The translations under genes and the position numbers were made by a program. Below the pieces are notes generated by a model. That model searched no databases. It was not told the DNA's origin and worked only from the letters and a program-made list of their open reading frames with translations. From contig CM060731.1 in assembly GCA_030704615.1 (NCBI GenBank), positions 22,320,001 to 22,384,000 on the forward strand: a DNA stretch of 64,000 nucleotides. The letters are read 5' to 3'. Below are positions 51,201-64,000 of this stretch, one piece after another. Source of the DNA: Takakia lepidozioides (lineage: Eukaryota; Plantae; Bryophyta). Each line of letters opens with the position of its first letter. Position 1 is the stretch's first letter.

Positions 51201-52077
51201 GCACAATGAAGCTGCCCCCTTGCCCGAACTCTCTGCCACATCAACTGAAAGGATTTCTGAGCAGATCTGCAACTCTGCAGCTCAAATGGGTGGGTGAATG
51301 TCTCCCACAGCCCCTGCTTCTCTGCAAAGTTCAGCTGCATTTACTGGTTCTTTTTTAGTGTCCAAGAGCTCATTCTCGATCTCCAGGGAGCTTCCGTGTA
51401 ATTTAGAAGGGCCCCAGTATCAACACTGACATCAACATCATGCTTTTCAGTAGGATGTCAATGCTAGGCCACAAATTAAACACAGACCTGATAGTATCGG
51501 CCCATAGCGACTCATGGGTTAAGAACTCAACCCTGGTGCTTTACAAACCCATAACCAGCATCTGGAGGGTGAGTCTCCCAGGAATTTATCCTCAAGGGTA
51601 TGCCATTGAGGAAATAGTACATTCTGTTCAAGCTTTGGGAGGGTTTATCAATCACATTACCAGATTAGTGGCAAAAGTGCTCTGGCTTTCTTATCAGTAG
51701 CACCTCCATTTTCACTATCCATATTGAGCATGCATGGGTGGGTCACCGCAGCCAACAAACTGGGAGTGGATGCCATTTTCGTGTACACAAGGCAAGGCTA
51801 TATGGCATCTCTCCTCTCACGCAATCGGCCGGATTGCCCGATTTTTGCTTTCACTGAATCCCAAAGTGTCAGGCAATGCATGAATTTGCAATGGGGTCTG
51901 ATTCCAGTTCGACTTGCTTTTGGAGAAGATATGGAGAGCAACCTTCGTCGAACATTTGCACTTCTGAAGGCGCGGGGCATGGTGAAGTCAGGAGACCTGA
52001 TTATTGCGGTATCTGACATTTCATCAGCAACACAGACAGACCTCTCACAATCAATTCAAGTTCGCAAGATTCCATGA
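45296..52077 (+). CDS. PKP1: Plastidic pyruvate kinase, alpha subunit (isozyme A), ~625 aa; exons 45296-45961, 48452-48542, 48927-49120, 49736-49857, 50069-50312, 51055-51289, 51752-52077
   Basis: Transit-peptide-like N-terminus; [58 protein letters not shown]. Exons sum to 1878 nt in frame; intron 3 is GC-AG. Confidence 0.95.
46753..48000 (+). mobile_element. 5'-truncated non-L1 LINE (RT C-terminus plus CCHC finger) in pyruvate kinase intron 1
   Basis: Open frame ~46753-47868: [48 protein letters not shown]. Preceded by a (CA)n(CT)n microsatellite. Confidence 0.88.
50445..50870 (-). mobile_element. Deleted copy of the same LINE in pyruvate kinase intron 5
   Basis: Reverse-complement similarity to 47320-47480 and 47625-47872. 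Confidence 0.85.
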
Positions 52078-53920
52078 TAGAGTTGCCTCCAGTAGTTTGA
52101 CAGGGGCTGTGGTATGACGGGACATAATTGTGAGCTGCTTACCTGGTCTTTCATTCTTTCTGTCTTTCTTTCTCTTGCAGGAGCAAATACAGAGCATGGT
52201 AGTCCCATCAAGATTCTTGAATGGGTGTTAGGATACCTTCCACCGTGGAGGTCTTGCAAGGAAACATAGCACAGATTAATATTCTTTACACAGACACCAT
52301 GTTTTGAGAGGCATTATGGCGGTGGGGGGGGCATGGAGGGTTCTAAGCTTACTTACCATGGGTGCACAGTCTGGTAATGTGAGTTGCCAAAGGCATAAGA
52401 GGCAAGCTGTCCTGACAGATTTGTAACAGTAAGGTAGATAAGTGATAGATAAGAAAGTAGTGTGAGAAGAGCAAGAGCAAGGAAGAGGGGAAATGAGCAG
52501 AGAAAGTTGCAGTACAAAGGGAGTTAAACATGATTAGTCCAGAACTTCTGTCGAGCTGTTTGGGCATTCTGTACACTGGACAGAGTTGTGGCGCAGTGAC
52601 GGTTGTTTGGCACCTTATCATAAATAGCATTGTAACACTGAGGTTTTAAATTTGAAAAAACTCTGCCCTGGCGAGCACCAGCTTTGTTGCAGTGTCTTGT
52701 CTGATGTATGATTTCTGTTGAAAAGATGTATTCGGCCTTGGGCTGTCCCAAGAAATTGGGCCTCTTCATCAACGCACAAAATTGTAAAGCCCTACAATAC
52801 ACCTTGAGTAAGCGGATAAAACAGTGGTTTTGTTCTCGAGCTTCAAGTGAATTACTTATCTAAGGTAGGACGAAGTTGTCATCAAGCATAGATATTCTGG
52901 GTACATGTACGAGTTTTTCTTACATAGGGTAATCTTCCATAAACTTTTGAGTGCAATTAACCAGAAAGACCCACAAATATCCTTGACTATTTACTCAGAA
53001 TCCAGAAACCAGACTTGATTGTGCTTCCAGGGTGGTTCTTGAGCTGTCATATTCTGATCCCATAGAATCATCCAGGGCTTCGAAATCCAGCTTAATCTGT
53101 TAGGAGCTAGAGATCCTTTGGAGACACAAAGACAGAAGAAAACAGAGCTTACTGGCAAGTCTCTATGACTGCCCAGACAAGTCCAAATCCTGAATGTAAG
53201 CCCCCTACTTATTAAGAACATACATGACAATGGTGTGAAACGGGTACCAGGGCTGAAGTTTCAGCTTGAACACCTCACATATACGAGAGTTTTGCCACTG
53301 TCAAATCTTCAACTCCACTTTGAAAGACATGGATTTCTCACGAGAGCTTTCAGGGCCTCTGATCACATCGACCGAGCCACAAAACAAGAGAAAGAAACAA
53401 AGCGAAGTTCATGAAATCCAAGGGAGGAATGGGAGTTGAGGGGGAGAAGAGGCAAGCTAAACGTGTGTGGACTTTACAAATCAAGGAGGCCTTTTCACCT
53501 CCACCAGGAAAGTCGCCCGCAGTCAATCTGCTAAGCAACCACTAGAGTCAAGGCTACCAAATGTTTATTGATCTGTGCTTCTGAACAATCTCTGCCTTTC
53601 TAACCACAGATCAATGTGTTCCTTTCCACCCACAGACTTATAGGACAGTGGGAATGTGTTTATGGGACTACCAGCAAGATCAACTAGCCCAAGACCAGCA
53701 CAGTTTTCCACGGACAGGCTCACTCCTCATGTTACAATACGAGGTTTGATCTACACATATCTCAGTTCATTCTTCACATAGAGGGCTAACCGATGTTCCT
53801 CACTCTCCCAATAATTTCATAGATGCCAAGCCCAGCTGGCAAGAAGATAGAACATGAATTTGAAACAAAAAAATGGAGGAAGCTCAAATCTTGGGTCGAT
53901 TATGATATCTGTGCTGCAGT

Positions 53921-57513
<3,593 letters not shown>

Positions 57514-58929
57514 CCTTTGATGTTTTCTAAATTTTCACTGGTCCCTGTTTTCAAATGTTGTGCGCTAACCAAAACATTCTCCAGCAGCTTGTAAGACCCG
57601 CCTCAGCTTCTCAACTAACCTCTGTGTAAAATATTCACTCGATCGTTTAACAGTAGCATAAGTTCACGAGACTCGCTGTGCTTGGTATAGCCATTCGAAT
57701 TGATTGTATTCCTTGTCCTAAAACAGGTCCTTAGTCCTGGAGCTCTTCCTACTCCTGCCACTATTTTTGTTCCCCATCATGGAGATCCCCGCTTCACATC
57801 CTACTACTGCAGAGCACCACCGAGTGTCTTTTCACCTCCACCTTACCCGACTTCCAAACTACGAAGAGCAATTCGACAAACCCGATGAGCCAATATCAGC
57901 TGCCCATCCACGTACCACCTTGCAAAGTGGGCTTCTGTCACTAAGCCCCGAGGTCCACACCTGGACCTCAAACAACACAAGCCAGGGAGACCCACATGGT
58001 GCCGCCAAACGGAAAGCATAATCCAGCAAAATTTCGGAAAATTAGCGATGTAAAGATCAGATTTTCCTTGCCGTATCCCTGTACAGACTACAGACCCAGT
58101 TTGCACAGTGAGAGAGACACAATGGAAGGAAAAAAGAAGTACGAGGAAAAATCGTGCTCAAGAAAAATGGAGAGCGTAAGCGATAACACCAATCTACCAA
58201 CAGATTCCGACTGAAGAAATGTGGATACTGAGGAGATGACCAATTACCAGGAAACAGACAAGGAAAAATCTCCGACGACTCGCAATGCCCACTGCCAAGA
58301 GGGTCCCAGCTCCAGCTCCAAGCGCGCCGGAGACCTCGGACTGTAGAGAGGACAAACCCGCCGGCCACCTCTCCGTTATTACCGGTCGCATTCATAGGAC
58401 GGGGTATTCACTGGACGAATGAAAGATAACATTGTGGAGAATTCATCCGTTATAACGTATTAAGAGATGTAAAATGACAGGCTACTCTGCCGTATCTCCC
58501 TCAACATCCTTGACTCTTACTTCACAATCCACAACCAAGAAGTCTTGATTCTACTTCGAGGGTAGTTCTTGAGCTGATCCACGCTTCGAAATCTGTTTGT
58601 TTCCTTCGCCTACAAAACCTTCTCGAAGCAGCGGTAATTTGATGGCGTGTTGTGAGCAGTGGAGGAGCGGCGCAGGCTTCTGGAAGGTTCGAGTGCAGCT
58701 TGCAGGGCCAAGACTTATTCTATCCACCAAGTAGGATTAATTTGTTTTGGCCCTCGGACCAACTTGTGTGAAGCCAATCTGAGCCAAGATGGCAAACCAA
58801 CCACTAGAATCACGGCCCCTCAATGTGAGAGTGATGGGATCTTCATTCCCTGCATGGACTCCCTATTTTGGACCTTCAGACCATTTCCTAGATTTGGGAT
58901 ACCCTAGCTTCTGATCCCTACAGTGGAGA

Positions 58930-59900
58930 TGCCTTTTCAAGTCTGCACCTCACACACGGGCCCCACCCTGGACTTTTTGGTGTCAATCCATTGGTTTTGC
59001 TAATCTGGGTTTCCATATACGACAGAGAATATACATTGAATATATATAGGGCCCCTCATCCTTTGTTTGCTAGTAAGATGGTCATCCTCTCACAATTGTA
59101 TACGTCTGATACGCCTTCATTCGGCAAAGGAATATGAGAAACCCCAAGCATCCATTCATAGAAGCGCAGATGGGCGGTCAACATTTGAGTGAAGATATAT
59201 GCCTTACACAAACTAAGGCACCATCATCGGATACCTCAGGAATCCAGCCCAATTCAATCACCGTTAAACCGATGCGTTGCCAACAAGAGCGACAATCATA
59301 TTTATTTATTCATATCTAATTGCTGTTGTGGTCAGCCTCACCTACCTTTATCCGAGATTCCACGTACTTCAGTACGATCATTTGAAGGCCAAATAGCTTG
59401 GCCTCCCTCCAAAACGTGCCTCCATGATTCATTCAATCCAAAAGGTCATTCTTACCAATTGAAAGTGGATGGGCAAGGGGTGGGATACCTGCTCACTATG
59501 TACGACACAGACATAAAATACCCCATTGAACCAAAAAAGTACATTTTGCAGGGCCCACCCTTGACACGGGGCTATAGCCAAAAGGTGAAGTGGCTCTTGG
59601 TTATGCTGGCCCGGCTAGCATATCTCTTATCTCTTATCTCTCTCTACAACAAAAAAAATATTCAGTCGATGATGCCTCTGCCTTATAGACAATGCTCCCG
59701 TCTTCCAATATGATCCGATGATGCTCACAAATCTCTGAGGATACTCCTTTCAAATCAGGATGGAACCATATATACTTCATATCGGATGAATCTATAGGGT
59801 CCAATGCCGGTCCAGTGCTGGTACTTGGTTTGTTACTTGGTGCCAATACTACTGATTCCTCACTTGAATCCGAATATTAGGTCTCCGCATTAGGCATGAA
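58930..59900 (-). mobile_element. Highly degraded Ty3/Gypsy pol fragments
   Basis: W...DLKGVSSEICEHHRIILED...YKAEASST resembles the pre-RT Gypsy segment (W..DLxG....CEH.I.L....P.RQ). Confidence 0.45.
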
Positions 59901-60598
59901 CTTTATGTACACTTTTATGCATCCTCGGATTTTCTAATCAACCTCTCGATTGGATCTAGGAGTTATCACCTCTATAAGACAAATGATCATTTATTATTAT
60001 TATTATTATTATGGATATTCCCTTCACACTCTCGATTGTGAACAGAGGATCTTCTCCAACACTTAATTCAACCCTTTTGTAAGATCTAAGTTTTCCGGCT
60101 GGCAGCTGCTAGTGGCGCCAAAAAAATGTGGAATAATTTTCCATTATGACTAATTATGACTATATATATATTTATCCCCCCAAAAAAAGTGGCACGGTCC
60201 AATAACAGTTGTGTTCAAATAGGTAGCTCCCGCGGTTGAATGGATGTGAGGGTGTTGTGGTTTGCGCTTCGCAGTGAGGGAAGTTGGGACTTAAGGTAGA
60301 TGAACCCATTTTGGCTCATTTAAAGAAAGAGAGCAAGGTTGAGAGATGCATTTTCAGTACTGATATTTTTCCTACATTGGCAAATGTAAATAAGAATTGT
60401 TGTAGAACAAACAAAAATCAAATGTCAAAAACCGTAATATTGGTGAATATTCAAACTGCTAACACAAAAAACAACCATTGTGGGTTATAGAGGGCACTAT
60501 TCTGGACCAGAAATCAACTGAACACTAACATTGGAATGTCCTTAACGTGCAAGCTGTTTGTCTCTTTACTGAGTGACACATATACAAAATGTGGACAA

Positions 60599-60763
60599 CC
60601 AAGTTGTAGCCCAGTGGCAATTGGCACATACCACCTCGGAAGTGGTTGTGGGTTCAATCCACCCTTGGTGTCACAAAGGTATCCACCTTCCTAGCGGAAG
60701 GCAGTGATCCTTCGGGATGAAGAGACACCATAATTTACGATTCCTTCGGGAGGCGTCAAATAT
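60599..60763 (+). mobile_element. tRNA-derived SINE
   Basis: A box TAGCCCAGTGG (60607-60617), B box GGTTCAATCC (60651-60660), 16-bp TSD tacaaaatgtg(g/c)acaa at 60583-60598 and 60764-60779. Confidence 0.8.
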
Positions 60764-61099
60764 TACAAAATGTGCACAAGTCCTGCCAGCAAACTGCTCA
60801 TGCAATTATATAAAATAAACCTTCCCCTTCTAGTAAACTAAACTCGAGTAAGTACTGATCAGGTCCATATGCATGGTGATCCACCACCAGCCAAAATCAG
60901 ACCACAAGCTACCTAAAATCGGATGGCATGAGAAAACTAATCTCCTCGCTTGCTAAAACTGATCAGACTGAAACATAAACCTGATCGGTGATCACAAGAT
61001 ATGATTCGGTCTCCCGCCAGTTTCGATTCCTTCTCCCGCCAGTATGATCCAATCCTTCATGTCAAACAGACTTTCACGATCTAGAAGCCTTGAACAACC

Positions 61100-61980
61100 G
61101 TAACTTTTTACTTATGATTTACAGATGATCTATATTATACCAGGGAGGTTCTATGAGTTGCATGTTTGATGTCTTGTCTGGTTTTCCTCGCTGCTCTACG
61201 TTGAATTGTTCCTTCGGCAAATGGGAGGAGCATTCCTACCTCTGTACGCGCTAGGAGGGATTGGTGCTTGTGTTCTGATCGCCTCGTGGAGCCTCTCTCC
61301 GTAGTGCATGACTTTGCAGACCGGGCCTCATTGAATCGCTTCGATCCTCACCCCTCTAGCGTTTCGCATTCTCTTTATCAAGCTTCACAGCAGCCCTTCG
61401 TTCCTTGGCCAAAACTATTGCTACCCTCCTTTCTTCCCTAAGCCTGGTAGCTTCATCTTTCCTTGCAGATTTCTGCTCCAATGATCTCAAGTAATCATCT
61501 GAAGTCCAGGGTTCTCAAGGTCGGGGCTTGGGTGTCATTCTCAAAGGCATTACTCTGTAAATGCTGCAACCTTGGTATCTCGGAATCAATTGAGTATTGC
61601 CTCCTCCTCTGTACCATATCCTCTAAGACTTGGCCTCGACTCCTTCCTGTTATGCAGATATGGAAACCAAGGTCACCCTCTTCAGTTCAAAAGCTTTTAA
61701 ATTATGACCTAGTATCTTATCAACTTCACTGTTGCAGCCCAGTGTATGAATCCTTTAGATCTATTGCGTTGTGGAATATATGGAAGGTAAGATGCAATTG
61801 GACTCTAAATCATGAGAGAGGTTGTCTCTCTGTTTTGCTATCTACAATATTTCATGTGGTCCAGATTGAGGCAAGAAAGGCTTGGGTTAAAATGCCTGCA
61901 GACATCAGCACGGATCCAGAGCCCGCCAAACTCCTGGCAGTTTGTAGCCTATACTCCTGTATTTTTATAATGTAATTTAC
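61100..61980 (+). mobile_element. Degenerate L1 LINE ORF2 3' region
   Basis: CKCC...ESIEYCLLLC zinc-finger remnant and RSIALWNIWKVRCNW, typical of the plant L1 C-terminus. Confidence 0.6.
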
Positions 61981-64000
61981 CAGTTTAACTTCCTCTTTGT
62001 CTCTCAATGTCCCTTTGATTCCCCGCTTTCTAGTTCTTGTTACTCCATATAAATGGTTTCATAGGCTTGTCACGATGACACCCTACTACCTGCTTGCCTC
62101 TCGTATTGTTATTCCTGCCCCCACAGCATTCATCGCCAATCTCAATGAATTATTTGCCCAATTCCCGTTCTTCTTCGGATGAAGAGCTTCGTGTGATCAT
62201 CTAGCTGGTCTGCCATCAGGTGCATCAAAGGAGTCAAGTGTGTTTGCATTTTGTGTGCAGTCTAAATTCGAAATGGGAGTGGACATGGGATCGGGCATCG
62301 GTGGGTCGTTAAGCCCGTTATGAGCTCCCTGTGTGCCATCGCCATCATTTTCGAAACCTCCACGTTGCCCACACTAGATCTCAACACTCTCATATGGATT
62401 TTGTGCCCACGCATAATTTGGATCGTCTAACAAATCACTCCCTGAGTCACTCAACTTACTATCGGGGTGATCTACAATCGTCGTCAATCGTCGTCTCAGT
62501 TGATTCTGATTCCCCTCCCATGGCATTGACGATCAGAATCACTACTCACTAATTAGACATTCTCATATCCTCCCAAGTCACTATCAGATAACAATCAAAA
62601 TGGCTGGGAAGCATGGAATTCGGAAGCCATACTGAACGTGAAAGCAAATGTGAAAATTTCCCTCGAAAACTCCATTTCGAAAATGGCCCGTTGTTGTGGT
62701 TATAATGCTTCGTTCGAATTCAAATATGATCAGAATTAATTCAACAACTAACCCACTGTTCATGCATTAAGTGATGGCGGCATGCTGTAAATTGGATCGA
62801 GGCATCCTGATTAACTGCTCATAGGTGTTCCGAAATTTGCCTTAATATCTCACTCAAACTGCGCAGCAATATTTCAAATATGGACCGCCAGTAATTTTTA
62901 AGGTTTCCACTTGTTGCTGTCATCATACTCGTCTTTGAGTTAAAAGAGGTCACTTCAGTTACCATTCTAGCCCATCACGTAATCTATTCTAACCACTCAT
63001 AAGATCTTAGCCTTTCTAGCTTTGCATGTGGTTGGTTTTGTATATTCATCTAGGGATCCATTTTCAAAAGTGGTTTGAATTGGGTTCATCTACCTTAGTC
63101 GTTTCTGCTAGCTCCCTCCCTCCCTTCACCACACTAAATCTAACATCCTCATATGTCCCTTGTTCTCCTTCCATCTGTTTCTTGATTAGTCTTTGAGGCG
63201 CTAAGGTGTTGTTCATCCTTACTCGGCTTTCTTCTCATCTCCATATTGCTACTCATCCCTGGTTCCGAAATACTCATTTATTTTCAGTTTGGCGTTGGCG
63301 GGAGACGCCGCATCATGAGTACCTCTTGTCTCTTTCATTTCATGGTGTTTTCATTGGATTCCTCGCACACATGCGCTCCCTCTTTTTGTGGCACGTCCTC
63401 GTCTTCCACTGTTGCACTTGCAGACTACATGGTAGGGGCACTGAATGCGCCCCCGGCATCGTCCGTTTTCCTCTGCTAGTAACTAATTCATGTTCCTCAT
63501 TTCCATTGTGCAGATACCTTGGTGGTCTCACGTTTTTGTCTTGGTGGTTGTTTCATATCCTGGGGAGGTCACTATATGTATTTTTTCCATATCACGTGCG
63601 TACAAATGTATAGTATGCATACTTATTACATTTTTCATTTTTTTCCATCCTATCTTTAGGTAATACTAGGGTAATATGTGTCGTTGGCCCCCCCGTTGCA
63701 GGTATGGACGTGACGCCGCAGTAATACGTCCGCGTCGGTGTCACGTCAAGACGTGACGGTCGTCACGTCACGTCCATAACAAGACATTCATCGCGGTATT
63801 TTTTTTTTTAAACTTTTTTATTTTTTATCTTCTTTTGCCACGTTGGCAACAGCGAGGACGAAGGCGACCGGCCAGGTGACGGCTTGCCGAGGCGACCATC
63901 CAGGCGCCGGTCGCCGGGCGGGATTGGGCGCTGGCCCGGTCGACCGCCACGTCAGCGGTCGCCATGTGGGCGACTGCCACATCAGCAGTCACCACATTGC

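Noticed and set aside
63690-64000. GC-rich segment with repeated ccacgtca motifs
   Set aside because: Likely the end of a transposon cut by the window boundary; cannot be classified.

Overview
Eukaryotic nuclear DNA from a land plant, most consistent with a bryophyte or other non-seed plant (spliceosomal introns, telo-box promoter, a mitochondrial-type trnL(UAA) insertion). Intact host genes: a 7-exon inositol polyphosphate 5-phosphatase (8726-11518, +), a 7-exon plastidic pyruvate kinase alpha subunit (45296-52077, +) and a 3-exon ATL42/43-type RING-H2 E3 ligase (57513-53921, -). Damaged genes: two cyclophilins (one with a 2-nt frameshift, one a clear pseudogene), a second ATL gene with a RING Cys->Gly change, and an RPS27a fragment. 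The rest is dense in mobile DNA: a non-autonomous CACTA element, a Harbinger MITE, a tRNA-derived SINE, three copies of a non-L1 LINE, L1 and Gypsy remnants and a mitochondrial insertion. Two systems stand out. (1) A Ty3/Gypsy LTR retrotransposon family, present as three fragments linked by shared LTR and gag sequence, carries a C5 DNA-cytosine methyltransferase (motifs I, IV, VI and VIII readable at 1-835) and a PHD finger after integrase, i.e. a chromatin writer and reader in one retroelement. (2) A 6.9-kb element (18105-25028) with ~0.5-kb terminal inverted repeats and a target-site duplication holds a spliced gene that appears to fuse an En/Spm TnpA-like domain to an FCP1/NIF-type HAD phosphatase domain, plus a possible second decayed C5-methyltransferase. 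All domain calls come from manual translation and motif recognition; no searches were run. Some frameshifts could be assembly errors.
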